Source of the DNA: Actinomycetes bacterium
Lineage (GTDB): Bacteria; Actinomycetota; Actinomycetes; Prado026
NCBI GenBank assembly: GCA_038210415.1
Contig: JBBQWS010000009.1
Span: 14,267-78,266, forward strand
Direction of reading: 5' to 3'
Length of the DNA: 64,000 bases
In this document: piece after piece, positions 19,068-31,184 of the stretch
Layout: each line of letters begins with the position of its first letter
How positions within the stretch are numbered: the first letter of the stretch is position 1
Program-made: the position numbers and the translations under genes
The notes under the pieces: model-generated
What the model saw: only the letters and a program-made list of their open reading frames with translations
Told to the model about the DNA's origin: nothing
Database searches by the model: none

Positions 19068-19757
19068 GTGCTGAGTGTTCCCCGAGCGACGTGCCAGGCT
19101 GCGGTCGTGACGACGAGCCGCCCTGACGACGAGGGCCCCGTGGAGGTCGGCGTCGGACCGTGGTCGGGGCTGATGCCGGACGACCTCCGCTACGACCCCG
19201 AACTGCTCGCGGGCGGCGACCGGCGCAACGTCGTCGACCGTTACCGGTACTGGCGGCTGGACGCGATCGTCGCCGACCTGGACCGGACCCGGCACCCCTT
19301 CCACGTGGCCGTCGAGAACTGGGGCCACGACTTCAACATCGGCTCGGTCGTTCGCACCGCCAACGCGTTCAACTCGGCCGCCGTGCACATCGTCGGGGAA
19401 CGCCGCTGGAACCGGCGCGGTGCGATGGTCACCGACCGCTACCAGCATGTGCTGCACCACCCAACGGTCGACGCGCTGGTGGCCTGGTCGGCGCAGCGCC
19501 GGCTGCCGCTGCTGGGAATCGACAACCTCCCGGGTGCCGTTCCCCTGGAGACGTACGACCTGCCGCTCGCCTGCGTCCTCGTCCTGGGTCAGGAGGGCCC
19601 TGGCCTGTCACCTGCCGTGCGGGCCGCAGCGACCGCCACGCTCACGATCGCGCAGTACGGCTCGACCCGTTCGATCAACGCCGGAGCCGCCGCCGCCATC
19701 GCGATGCACGCGTGGGTCCGCCGGCACGAGTTCGGTCAGCCGGCTTCCTCGGGCTGA
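19068..19757 (+). CDS. TrmH/SpoU family RNA 2'-O-methyltransferase
   Basis: SpoU motifs NIGSVVRTANAF, LVLGQEGPGLS and SINAGAAAAIAMH. The start is uncertain because only 19 nt separate it from the divergent dedA start. Confidence 0.8.
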   Translation: MLSVPRATCQAAVVTTSRPDDEGPVEVGVGPWSGLMPDDLRYDPELLAGGDRRNVVDRYRYWRLDAIVADLDRTRHPFHVAVENWGHDFNIGSVVRTANAFNSAAVHIVGERRWNRRGAMVTDRYQHVLHHPTVDALVAWSAQRRLPLLGIDNLPGAVPLETYDLPLACVLVLGQEGPGLSPAVRAAATATLTIAQYGSTRSINAGAAAAIAMHAWVRRHEFGQPASSG

Positions 19758-20971
19758 GCCGCCGGCAGCGAAGGCAGCGACCTCACCTCCGGTGACAGCA
19801 GACCGAGCAGGACCGGGACGACGACGAGCCCACCGCACAGCCACAGCGCCCCGCCGAGGCCGAGCAGGCCGGCGGCGGCTCCCGCCAGCACCAGCCCGAC
19901 CGGCCCGAGGATCATCGAGCCCAGGTAGTCGTAGGCGCTGACCCGTGACAGCACCGCCTGCGGAACGTGCTGCTGGAGGGCGGTGTCCCACAGCACCGTG
20001 AAGATGTCGATCGCCACCCCGGTGACCAGCGCGGCGACCACGACCGTCCAGACCGGCGCGGCGACGGCCAGCAAGGCGATCGGGCCCACCTGGAGCAAGA
20101 CCACGAGCATGGCCAGGCGCATCGGGTGCTTCGGCCGGATCCGCATCGCGACGACCACGCCGACCACCATGCCGACGGACTCGGCGACCAGGATCGTCGC
20201 CCACGAGGCCGCGCCGTCGTACGAGACCCTCGACCGCACCGGGCCGAGCACCCCGAACACCGCGATGAACGCCATGTTGGCCACCGAGAAGCACAGCACG
20301 ATGACCCACACCCACTGCCGTCCGACGAACTCCTGCCACCCCTCCTTCAGCTCGCCGAGCATCGTCGAGCGGGGCGTTCGCTCGGTGGGCAACACGCCGA
20401 TGCCGGCGAGGATCAGGGCGGACAGCCCGAACGTGCAGCCGTCGACGATCAGCGCCCGGCCGCTGCCGGCGGTCGCCACGAGGACTCCGGCCAGGGCGGT
20501 CCCGAGGATCCGGGCCAGGTTCATCGTCAGCCGGAGCAGGCCGTTTGCCGACTGCAGCTGGTGCTCGGGCACGACCTGGGGAATGAGGCCCGTGATGGCC
20601 GGGAAGAACAGCGCCGACGCGATGCCGTTCGCCGCCGCGAGCACCATCAGCACCGGCAGAATCGCGTGCCCGGTGAGGAACGCGGCGCCCAGCCCCAGCT
20701 CGGCGAGGCCGGCCGTGATGTCGGCCGCCACCATGACCCGGGCGCGCGGGAACCGGTCGGCCACGACACCGCCGAGCAGGATGAACAGGATCTGGGGTAC
20801 CTGCTGCGCCGCGAGCACCAGCCCGAGCGTCGATGCGCTGGAGCCGGGTAGGTCGAGAACCGCGAAGGCCAGGGCGACGGGGGCGATCGCGCTGCCGAGG
20901 ACCGATATCGAGCGGGCGGCGAACAGCCGGCGGAATCCTTTGTGCCGGAGCGCGTCCAGGTTCTGCGGCAT
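19736..20971 (-). CDS. MFS transporter
   Basis: The internal ATG at 20971 gives MPQNLDALRHKGFRRLFAARSISVLGSAI and about 12 hydrophobic segments. The upstream part of the 624-aa ORF is antisense to fba. Confidence 0.8.
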   Translation of the reverse strand: MPQNLDALRHKGFRRLFAARSISVLGSAIAPVALAFAVLDLPGSSASTLGLVLAAQQVPQILFILLGGVVADRFPRARVMVAADITAGLAELGLGAAFLTGHAILPVLMVLAAANGIASALFFPAITGLIPQVVPEHQLQSANGLLRLTMNLARILGTALAGVLVATAGSGRALIVDGCTFGLSALILAGIGVLPTERTPRSTMLGELKEGWQEFVGRQWVWVIVLCFSVANMAFIAVFGVLGPVRSRVSYDGAASWATILVAESVGMVVGVVVAMRIRPKHPMRLAMLVVLLQVGPIALLAVAAPVWTVVVAALVTGVAIDIFTVLWDTALQQHVPQAVLSRVSAYDYLGSMILGPVGLVLAGAAAGLLGLGGALWLCGGLVVVPVLLGLLSPEVRSLPSLPAAQPEEAG

Positions 20972-21082
20972 GGCCCGATCCTGCCAGCAGGAACAGGGCC
21001 CTACGCCTCTTGTCACCGGGGTGCGGTTTCCTGCAAGGATGGGGGAGATTCCAGCGCCGTCGCCGATTCGAGGAGTACAGCC

Positions 21083-22114
21083 ATGCCCATCGCCTCTCCC
21101 GAGGTCTATGCCGAGATGCTCGACCGGGCCAAGGCCGGCTCGTTCGCGTACCCGGCCATCAACTGCACGTCGTCGCAGACGATCGTCGCGGCCGTCCGCG
21201 GGTTCGCGGAGGCCGAGAGCGACGGCATCGTGCAGATCTCGTGGGGCGGTGCGGAGTTCGCCTCCGGCCAGCTGCAGAAGGACATGGTCCTCGGCGCAAC
21301 TGCACTCGCCGAGTTCGCCCATGTCCTCGCCGCGAAGTACGACGTCAACATCGCCCTGCACACCGACCACTGCCCGGCGAACAAGCTCGACGGGTTCATG
21401 CGTCCGCTCGTCGACCTCTCGCTCGAGCGGGTCGCGGCCGGCGAGGCCCCTCTCTTCCAGTCGCACATGTGGGACGGCTCGGCGGTCAGCTTGAAGGAGA
21501 ACCTCACCGTCGCCGAGGAGATGCTCGACAAGTGCCACCGGGCCAACATAGTGCTCGAGCTCGAGATCGGTGTCGTCGGCGGCGAGGAGGACGGCGTCGA
21601 GGCAAAGCACGACGCCAAGCTCTACTCAACGCCCGAGGACGCCATCGCGACTGTCCGGTCCCTCGGGCTCGGCGAGCGCGGCCGCTACCTGCTCGCGGCG
21701 ACCTTCGGCAACGTGCACGGTGTCTACAAGCCGGGCAACGTCGTGCTCCGGCCGGCCATCCTCAAGGAGCTGCAGGACGCTGTGGTTGCCGAGTTCGGCC
21801 TGGCCGCCGGCGCCAAGCCGTTCGACCTGGTCTTCCACGGCGGGTCCGGATCGCTGCTGTCCGAGATTCGTGAGGCGCTCGACTACGGCGTGATCAAGAT
21901 GAACATCGACACCGACACGCAGTATGCCTTCACCCGGCCGATCGCCGACCACATGTTGGTCAACTACGCCGGCGTCCTCAAGGTCGACGGCGAGGTCGGC
22001 AACAAGAAGCAGTACGACCCGCGTGCCTATGGCAAGGCGGCTGAGGCCGGCATGGCTGCCCGCGTCGTCAAGGGCTGCGAGGACCTCCGCTCCGCCGGCA
22101 CGCGGATCAAGTAG
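21083..22114 (+). CDS. fbaA: class II fructose-bisphosphate aldolase
   Basis: ATG 21083 after AGGAG. N-terminus MPIASPEVYAEMLDRA, with metal and active-site motifs ALHTDHC and VFHGGSGS. Confidence 0.95.
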   Translation: MPIASPEVYAEMLDRAKAGSFAYPAINCTSSQTIVAAVRGFAEAESDGIVQISWGGAEFASGQLQKDMVLGATALAEFAHVLAAKYDVNIALHTDHCPANKLDGFMRPLVDLSLERVAAGEAPLFQSHMWDGSAVSLKENLTVAEEMLDKCHRANIVLELEIGVVGGEEDGVEAKHDAKLYSTPEDAIATVRSLGLGERGRYLLAATFGNVHGVYKPGNVVLRPAILKELQDAVVAEFGLAAGAKPFDLVFHGGSGSLLSEIREALDYGVIKMNIDTDTQYAFTRPIADHMLVNYAGVLKVDGEVGNKKQYDPRAYGKAAEAGMAARVVKGCEDLRSAGTRIK

Positions 22115-22340
22115 CCGGCTGGGCAGGGGGCTGTGGACGACCGCGGCTACTCCCCGGACGCGATTCAACCCGGCGGACGGCCCGCAGCGGCCGCTAAGCA
22201 TCGAGCAGCTGGCTGATCAGCCTGGGTTGCCCTGCTGGCCCATCCGGATGCCGTCGTCGGATTCGGTGCGGTGGTGCGCAGGCCGGTCACCCCCTAGCCG
22301 GGGGTGAGGCGCCGGGCCACGCATGGGAGAGGATGGGGGC

Positions 22341-22754
22341 ATGACCTTCGACAACCTGATAGCCGGCCCGCCTCCGACGCTGCTGCCCGAGTCGCCCGAG
22401 CCACTTGCAGCGCTGGGGGCCGGCCGCAGCCCCGCCGAGGTCGCGGCGGATTTCCCCGAGTTCTCGCTGGCCTGGGCCCAGCTCGCCGACGACGCGTACG
22501 CCAGGGGCGCCGTCATCGAGTCGTATGCCTATGCGCGCACGGGCTACCACCGCGGGCTGGACCAGCTGCGCCGCAGCGGCTGGAAGGGGCACGGCGAGGT
22601 GCCTTGGGAGCACGAGCCGAACCGCGGCTTCCTGCGCTGCGTGCACGCCCTCGGCCGTGCGGCCGCCGACATCGGGGAGGTAGCCGAGGCGGAGCGTTGC
22701 GACGGGCTTCTGGGCGACAGCTCGCCGACGGCGGCTCAAGTCCTCGGCGGCTGA
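22341..22754 (+). CDS. DUF3151-like protein
   Basis: ATG 22341 after GGAGAGGA. It is a small conserved protein that, as I recall, follows fba in actinobacteria. The family name comes from memory. Confidence 0.65.
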   Translation: MTFDNLIAGPPPTLLPESPEPLAALGAGRSPAEVAADFPEFSLAWAQLADDAYARGAVIESYAYARTGYHRGLDQLRRSGWKGHGEVPWEHEPNRGFLRCVHALGRAAADIGEVAEAERCDGLLGDSSPTAAQVLGG

Positions 22755-22757
22755 GCC

Positions 22758-23726
22758 GTGCCAGGGCGCGCGCCGGTCGTCATCGTTGGCGCGGGCATCG
22801 CCGGCGTCGCGTGCGCCCGCGAGCTCGTGGCTGCCGCGGTGCCGTTCCGCCTGCTCGACCGCGGTCGTCGAATCGGTGGACGGATGGCCGTGCACACGGT
22901 GGACGGGCGCCCGCTCGATCTCGGGGCGTCCTACTTCACCGCCCACGACCCGCTGTTCACCGCTGTGGTCGACGAGTGGACGGTGCGGGGGCTGGCCCGC
23001 CCCTGGACCGACACGTTCCGGATCGCCACCCCCGAGGGTCTGCAGGGCACCAAGACGGGCCCGGTCCGCTTTGCCGCGAGGCACGGCCTCCGCTCGCTGG
23101 TCGAGGACCTCGCAGCCGGGCTCACCGTGGAGCATCCCGTGGAGGTGCTCGATGTGGCGAGCGGTCCGGCCGGCCCGACGGTCGACGGCCTCGCCGCTGC
23201 TGCCGTCGTCCTGGCGATGCCCGACCCGCAGGCGCTCGACCTACTGGCCGACGACCTGACGGACGAGCGCGCCCTGCTGGGCGGCAGCACGTGGGAGCCG
23301 GTGCTGGCATTCGCTGCCCGCTGGCCGGAGCGCACCTGGCCCGACCTCGACGGCGTCTTCGTGAACGAGTCTCCGGTGCTGACGTTCGTGGCCGACGACG
23401 GGGCTCGCCGGGGCGACGGCGCGCCGGTACTGGTCGCCCACGGGCACCCGGTCTTCTCGGCCGGCCACCTCGACGAGCCCGACGAAGCCGGCCCGGCGAT
23501 GCTCGATGAGCTCGCGGCGGTGCTGGGGTTTCGTAGCCGGCCCACGTGGCAGCTCGTCAAGCGGTGGGGCGTGGCCAAGCCGGTGGCCGGGCGGGACGAG
23601 CTGTTCCACTTCGGCGCGGCCAGGATCGGCCTGGCCGGAGACGGCTGGCACGGGCCGCCGCGGATCGAGGCGGCATACCTGTCCGGCCGGGCCCTGGGCG
23701 CCGAGCTCGCCCGACGCCTCGGGTAG
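22758..23726 (+). CDS. NAD(P)/FAD-dependent oxidoreductase (amine-oxidase/renalase-like)
   Basis: 322 aa. Dinucleotide fold VVIVGAGIAGVACAREL..LLDRGRRIGGR. Confidence 0.75.
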   Translation: MPGRAPVVIVGAGIAGVACARELVAAAVPFRLLDRGRRIGGRMAVHTVDGRPLDLGASYFTAHDPLFTAVVDEWTVRGLARPWTDTFRIATPEGLQGTKTGPVRFAARHGLRSLVEDLAAGLTVEHPVEVLDVASGPAGPTVDGLAAAAVVLAMPDPQALDLLADDLTDERALLGGSTWEPVLAFAARWPERTWPDLDGVFVNESPVLTFVADDGARRGDGAPVLVAHGHPVFSAGHLDEPDEAGPAMLDELAAVLGFRSRPTWQLVKRWGVAKPVAGRDELFHFGAARIGLAGDGWHGPPRIEAAYLSGRALGAELARRLG

Positions 23727-25683
<1,957 letters not shown>

Positions 25684-25731
25684 CACACTGTCACTCGCGC
25701 AGCGGGTGGGACCACTCGTACGCTGTGCCCC

Positions 25732-27081
25732 ATGACGATTCCCACGCCTGACCCTGCTCGCGGCGCCGAGGTCTACGCGCTCGACCGCGCGCACGTCTTC
25801 CACTCCTGGTCGGCCCAGGCCGCGCTCAACCCGATGCTGATCGCCGGAGCCGAGGGCTCGTACGTCTGGGACTACGACGGCAACCGCTTCCTCGACTTCT
25901 CGTCGCAGCTGGTCAACGTCAACATCGGGCACCAGCACCCGAAGGTCGTCGCGGCGATCCAGGAGCAGGCCGGTCGGCTGGCCACCATCGCCCCTCAGCA
26001 CGCGAACGACGCGCGCGGCGAGGCGGCGCAGCGGATCGCGGGGCTCGCCCCCGACGGGCTGAACAAGGTCTTCTTCACCAACGGTGGCGCTGACGCGGTC
26101 GAGAACGCGATCCGGATGGCCCGGCTGCACACCAACAAGCACAAGGTGCTGAGCTTCTACCGCTCGTACCACGGCAACACCGGCGCAGCGATCACGGCCA
26201 CCGGCGACCCGCGGCGCTGGCCGAACGAGTTCGCGGCCGGCCACGTCCACTTCTTCGGCCCGTACCTCTACCGGTCGTCGTTCTGGGCGACCACCGAGGC
26301 CGAGGAGACCGAGCGGGCGCTCGCGCACCTCGAGCAGGTCATCCAGTTCGAGGGTCCGGCGACGATCGCGGCGGTGCTGCTGGAGTCGGTCGTGGGTACG
26401 GCCGGGGTGCTGATCCCGCCGCCCGGCTACCTGGCCGGCGTCCGAGCCCTGTGCGACAAGTACGGCATCGTCTACATCGCCGACGAGGTGATGTCCGGGT
26501 TCGGCCGCACCGGGGCATGGTTCGCGTTCGAGCACTTCGACGTCGTCCCGGACCTGATCGCGTTCGCGAAGGGGTCCAACTCCGGCTACATCCCGGTGGG
26601 CGGGGTGGTCATCAGCGACGCGATCGCGGCGACGTTCGACACCCGGGTCTTCCCCGGCGGGCTCACCTACTCGGGGCACCCGATCGCCTGCGCGTCCATC
26701 GTCGCGTCGATCGACGCGATGAAGGAGGAGGGCATCGTCGAGAACGCGGCCCGCATCGGCGAGGCGGTGCTCGGGCCCGGCCTGCGCGAGCTGGCCGACC
26801 GCCACCCGGTGATCGGCGAGGTGCGCGGGCTCGGTGTGTTCTGGGCGCTCGACCTCGTGTCGAACCGGGCGACCCGCGAGATGCTCGCGCCGTACGGCGG
26901 CACGTCGCCCGCGATGACCGAGCTGGTCGCAGAGGCGAAGAAGCGCGGCATGCTGCCGTTCACCAACTTCAACCGGCTGCACGTCGTGCCGCCCTGCACG
27001 GTGACCGACGCGGAGGCCAAGGAAGGCCTGGCCATCCTCGACGAGGTCTTCACCATCGTCGACCGCCACTACCACGTCTGA
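25732..27081 (+). CDS. class III (omega) aminotransferase
   Basis: 449 aa. Motifs GSYVWDYDGNRFLDF, DEVMSGFGRTG and FAKG (PLP lysine region). Confidence 0.88.
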   Translation: MTIPTPDPARGAEVYALDRAHVFHSWSAQAALNPMLIAGAEGSYVWDYDGNRFLDFSSQLVNVNIGHQHPKVVAAIQEQAGRLATIAPQHANDARGEAAQRIAGLAPDGLNKVFFTNGGADAVENAIRMARLHTNKHKVLSFYRSYHGNTGAAITATGDPRRWPNEFAAGHVHFFGPYLYRSSFWATTEAEETERALAHLEQVIQFEGPATIAAVLLESVVGTAGVLIPPPGYLAGVRALCDKYGIVYIADEVMSGFGRTGAWFAFEHFDVVPDLIAFAKGSNSGYIPVGGVVISDAIAATFDTRVFPGGLTYSGHPIACASIVASIDAMKEEGIVENAARIGEAVLGPGLRELADRHPVIGEVRGLGVFWALDLVSNRATREMLAPYGGTSPAMTELVAEAKKRGMLPFTNFNRLHVVPPCTVTDAEAKEGLAILDEVFTIVDRHYHV

Positions 27082-27192
27082 CCCCCCTTCCCGCCACAAG
27101 GGTCCCCCCATGCCGCTAGGCCGCGGTTCAGGGACCATCACGACTTGCCCGGGATGTGTCCCTCTGCTGTGTGCGCCCTGGTGGCGGGAAGG
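27082..27192. repeat. palindromic intergenic element, copy A (right arm truncated)
   Basis: The left arm CCCCCCTTCCCGCCACAAGGGTCCCCCCATGCCGCTAGG starts right after the TGA at 27079-27081. The right remnant CCCTGGTGGCGGGAAGG (27176-27192) is the reverse complement of CCTTCCCGCCACAAGGG (27086-27102) at 16 of 17 positions. Confidence 0.8.
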
Positions 27193-27201
27193 TTGGTGCA
27201 G

Positions 27202-28449
27202 ATGACGGGGCGGACGACGGTTGTTCGGGCCGGGCGGGTGCTCGACGTCGACGACGGGAGCCAGCGTCAGGGGCTGGCGGTGGTCATCGTCGACGGCCGG
27301 ATCGCCGAGGTCACCACGGTGGCCAGCGCGCCGACTGACGCGTTGGTCGTCGACGCGGCCGAACTCACCCTGCTGCCCGGCCTGATCGACTGCCACACGC
27401 ACCTGGTCGGTGAGCCCGACGGTGGGCACGGGTACGCCGAGCTGATCACGCGTAGCGGCGCCCAGGAGGCCCTCTCGGGGGTACGCAACGCCCGCGCCAC
27501 GCTGCGAGCGGGCTTCACCACGGTGCGCGACCTCGGCACGTTCCGGGCGTTCGTCGACGTTGCGCTCCGCGACGCCATCTCGGCCGGGCACGTCGAGGGG
27601 CCGCGCATGCTGACCACAGGAGGCTTCCTCACCTGCAGCGGCGGCGGGGGCGACATCACCGGGCTGGCCGTCGACGTCGACTCGGTGCTGCCGCGCGACC
27701 TGCGGATCGGCGTTGCCGACACGGTCGACGAGGTACGTAGCGCCGTCCGCCGGCTGATCGGCGGTGGGGCGGACCTGATCAAGGTGATCGCGACGGGCGC
27801 GGTCATGACGGAGGGGACGACCCCGGGCGCGCCCGAGTTCACCGAGGAACAGCTCCGGGTGGCGGTGGAGGAGGCGGCCCTGCTCGGCACGTACGTCGCT
27901 GCCCATGCGCACGGCGCCGAGGGGATCAAGCGGGCCGTCCGCGCGGGGGTCCGGTCGATCGAGCACGGCTCGCTCATGGACGACGAGTCGATCGAGCTGA
28001 TGCTCGCCGCCGGTACCTTCCTCGTGGCCGACGTCTACGACGGCGACTACATCAAGGAGCAGGGGACCCTGCACGGCTGGTCCGCCAACGTCATGCGCAA
28101 GAACGACGAGACGACGGACGCCCAGCGCGACGCCTTCGCCAAGTGCGTCGCGCGGGGGGTACGGATCGCGTACGGCACCGACAGCGGCATCTACCCGCAC
28201 GGGTGGAACGCCAGGCAGTTCGCTTACCAGGTGCGGCACGGGCAGACTCCGCTCGCAGCCATCCGCTCGGCGACCGCGACTGCGGCGGAGCTCCTCCGGC
28301 TCGACGGTCAGGTGGGTCGGATCGCCCCCGGTCACCACGGTGACCTGATCGGCGTGTCGGGCGATCCGCTGGTCGACGTGCGCCTGCTCGAGGACGTCCG
28401 GCTGGTCGTCCAGGGCGGCCGCTGCGTCGACCTCGGCCGGGGCCGGTAG
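27202..28449 (+). CDS. metal-dependent amidohydrolase
   Basis: ATG 27202. Metal-binding motifs IDCHTHL (HxH), AAHAHG, IEHG and YGTDSG. Confidence 0.82.
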   Translation: MTGRTTVVRAGRVLDVDDGSQRQGLAVVIVDGRIAEVTTVASAPTDALVVDAAELTLLPGLIDCHTHLVGEPDGGHGYAELITRSGAQEALSGVRNARATLRAGFTTVRDLGTFRAFVDVALRDAISAGHVEGPRMLTTGGFLTCSGGGGDITGLAVDVDSVLPRDLRIGVADTVDEVRSAVRRLIGGGADLIKVIATGAVMTEGTTPGAPEFTEEQLRVAVEEAALLGTYVAAHAHGAEGIKRAVRAGVRSIEHGSLMDDESIELMLAAGTFLVADVYDGDYIKEQGTLHGWSANVMRKNDETTDAQRDAFAKCVARGVRIAYGTDSGIYPHGWNARQFAYQVRHGQTPLAAIRSATATAAELLRLDGQVGRIAPGHHGDLIGVSGDPLVDVRLLEDVRLVVQGGRCVDLGRGR

Positions 28450-28460
28450 ATTCACCGCCT

Positions 28461-29729
28461 GTGAAGGTGTTCGTGGTCGGCGGCGGTGCTCGCGAGCACG
28501 CCATAGTCCGATCCCTCTCCCAGGACCCGACGGTCACCGCGCTGGCCTGCGCCCCCGGCAACGCCGGCATCGGCGCCTCGGCAGAGCTCCTGCCGCTCGA
28601 CGCCGGCGATCCGCAGGCGGTGGCGGACCTGGCCGTGCGCTGGGGGGCCGACTTCGTCATCATCGGGCCGGAGGGCCCGCTCGTCGCTGGCGCGGCCGAC
28701 GCTGTCCGATCCCGCGGCATCGTCTGTTTCGGCCCGTCTGCTTCGGCGGCCCGGCTCGAGGGCAGCAAAGCGTTCGCCAAGGACGTGATGGCCGAGGCCG
28801 GCGTGCCGACGGCGATGGCCCACGTGTGCGACACGGCGGAGCAGGTGGCCGCGGCGCTCGACGCGTTCGGGCCGCCGTACGTCGTGAAGGACGACGGGCT
28901 GGCCGCCGGCAAGGGAGTCGTCGTCACTGGCGACCGGGACGAGGCGTTGGCGCACGCCGCTGCCTCCGGCACCGTCGTCGTCGAGGAGTTCCTCGACGGC
29001 CCCGAGGTCTCGCTGTTCTGCATCACCGACGGCGAGACCGTGGTCCCGCTGCAGCCGGCGCAGGACTTCAAGCGGGTCGGCGACGGTGACCAGGGCCCGA
29101 ACACCGGGGGCATGGGCGCGTACTCCCCGCTGCCCTGGGCGCCGGCGTCACTGGTCGACGACGTCGTGGCCCGGATCGTCCAGCCCACGGTCGACGAGCT
29201 GTACCGGCGCGGCACCCCGTTCAGCGGGGTCGTCTATGCGGGCCTGGCACTGACGAGCAACGGCCCCCGGGTGATCGAGTTCAACGCGCGGTTCGGCGAC
29301 CCGGAGACGCAGGTGGTGCTGGCCAGGCTCGAGTCGCCGCTGCTGGGGCTGCTGCATGCCGCCGCCGTGGGCAGGCTGGGCGAGATCGAGCCGCCGAGGT
29401 GGTCCGACCGGGCTGCCGTCACGGTCGTCGTCGCCGCCGCCGACTACCCGTCGGCCCCACGTACGGGGGACCCCGTCGAGGGCCTGGCCGAGGCCGCCGA
29501 GGTACCGGGCGCGTACGTGCTGCATGCGGGCACCGCGCTCGATGCTGACGGTGCGCTGGTCAGCGCCGGCGGCCGGGTGCTGTCGGTGGTGGGCACCGGA
29601 CGCGACCTCGCCGCTGCCCGAGCGACGGCGTACGAGGCGGTGGCGGCGATCCGGCTGGCCGGCTCGCACCACCGCGGCGACATCGCGCTCGCCGCGGCGC
29701 TGGCCGCCGCTGAGTCTGCGCGACAATAG
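28461..29729 (+). CDS. purD: phosphoribosylamine--glycine ligase
   Basis: 422 aa. N-terminus MKVFVVGGGAREHA, an ATP-grasp core, and GPNTGGMGAYSP. Confidence 0.95.
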   Translation: MKVFVVGGGAREHAIVRSLSQDPTVTALACAPGNAGIGASAELLPLDAGDPQAVADLAVRWGADFVIIGPEGPLVAGAADAVRSRGIVCFGPSASAARLEGSKAFAKDVMAEAGVPTAMAHVCDTAEQVAAALDAFGPPYVVKDDGLAAGKGVVVTGDRDEALAHAAASGTVVVEEFLDGPEVSLFCITDGETVVPLQPAQDFKRVGDGDQGPNTGGMGAYSPLPWAPASLVDDVVARIVQPTVDELYRRGTPFSGVVYAGLALTSNGPRVIEFNARFGDPETQVVLARLESPLLGLLHAAAVGRLGEIEPPRWSDRAAVTVVVAAADYPSAPRTGDPVEGLAEAAEVPGAYVLHAGTALDADGALVSAGGRVLSVVGTGRDLAAARATAYEAVAAIRLAGSHHRGDIALAAALAAAESARQ

Positions 29730-29733
29730 CCCC

Positions 29734-31164
29734 GTGACGAAGCCGCTGACCGCGAACGTCCTGGCCGCCCGCTACGCGTCCACCTCGATGGCCGTGCTGT
29801 GGTCGCCCGAGCACAAGATCGTGCTCGAGCGCCAGCTCTGGCTCGCGGTGATGACCGCGCAGGCCGACCTCGGGGTCGACGTACCCGAGGGTGCGGTCGA
29901 CGCGTACGCCAAGGTGCTCGACACCGTCGACCTGGCCTCGATCGCCGAACGCGAGCGGGTCACCCGGCACGACGTGAAGGCCCGGATCGAGGAGTTCAAC
30001 GCGCTCGCCGGGTACGAGCAGATCCACAAGGGCATGACGTCGCGCGACCTCACCGAGAACGTCGAGCAGCTGCAGGTGCTCGGTGCGCTGCTGCTCGTCC
30101 GCGACAAGGCGGTCGCGGCGCTCGCGCGGCTGGCCGATCTCGCGGCCCAGCACGACGCCACCGTCATCGCCGGCCGCTCGCACAACGTCGCGGCGCAGGC
30201 GACGACGCTGGGCAAGCGGTTCGCGTCCGCAGCCGAGGAACTGCTCGTCGCCTTCGACCGGGTGGAGGACCTGATCGGCCGCTATCCGTTGCGTGGCATC
30301 AAAGGGCCGGTCGGTACGGCGCAGGACCAGCTCGACCTGCTCGGCGGCGACTCGGCCAAGCTGGCCGAGCTCGAGCGTCGGGTAGCCGGGCACCTCGGCT
30401 TCGACCGGGTGCTGACGAGCGTCGGCCAGGTCTACCCGCGTTCGCTCGACTTCGACGTGCTGTCGTCGCTGGTCCAGCTGGCGGCCGGCCCGTCGTCGCT
30501 GGCCACGACGATCCGGCTGATGGCCGGCAACGAGACCGTGACCGAGGGTTTCAAGGCCGGCCAGGTCGGTTCCTCGGCCATGCCCCACAAGATGAACACC
30601 CGCTCCTGCGAACGCGTCAACGGGCTAGCGGTCGTGCTGCGTGGCTACCTCTCGATGGTCGGCGAGCTGGCCGGCGACCAGTGGAACGAGGGCGACGTGT
30701 CGTGCTCCGTCGTCCGCCGAGTCGCGTTGCCCGACGCGTTCTTCGCCCTCGACGGCCTGTTCGAGACGTTCCTCACCGTGCTCGACGAGTTCGGGGCGTT
30801 CCCCGCGGTCATCGAGCGCGAGCTGTCGCGCTACCTCCCGTTCCTTGCCACCAGCAAGGTGCTGATGGCCGCGGTACGGCACGGCGTCGGCCGCGAGACC
30901 GCCCACGAGGCGATCAAGGAGCACGCCGTCGCGGTGGCCCTCGAGATGCGCGAGCAGGGTGCCGACCGCAACGAGCTGCTCGGCCGGCTCGCCGCCGACC
31001 CTCGGCTGGGCCTGACCGCGACCGATCTCGCCGCCCTCGTGGCCGAGCCGGTGACGTTCACCGGCGCCGCTGCGGCGCAGGTGGCCGCGGTGGTGCAGCG
31101 GGTGCTCGGCGTCGTGGCCGCGCACCCCGAAGCGGCCGCGTACGTCCCCGGCGCCATCCTGTGA
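29734..31164 (+). CDS. purB: adenylosuccinate lyase
   Basis: GTG 29734, 5 nt after the purD stop. Fumarate-lyase signature GSSAMPHKMN. Confidence 0.93.
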   Translation: MTKPLTANVLAARYASTSMAVLWSPEHKIVLERQLWLAVMTAQADLGVDVPEGAVDAYAKVLDTVDLASIAERERVTRHDVKARIEEFNALAGYEQIHKGMTSRDLTENVEQLQVLGALLLVRDKAVAALARLADLAAQHDATVIAGRSHNVAAQATTLGKRFASAAEELLVAFDRVEDLIGRYPLRGIKGPVGTAQDQLDLLGGDSAKLAELERRVAGHLGFDRVLTSVGQVYPRSLDFDVLSSLVQLAAGPSSLATTIRLMAGNETVTEGFKAGQVGSSAMPHKMNTRSCERVNGLAVVLRGYLSMVGELAGDQWNEGDVSCSVVRRVALPDAFFALDGLFETFLTVLDEFGAFPAVIERELSRYLPFLATSKVLMAAVRHGVGRETAHEAIKEHAVAVALEMREQGADRNELLGRLAADPRLGLTATDLAALVAEPVTFTGAAAAQVAAVVQRVLGVVAAHPEAAAYVPGAIL

Positions 31165-31184
31165 CCCGCCGATAGGGTGAGCCC

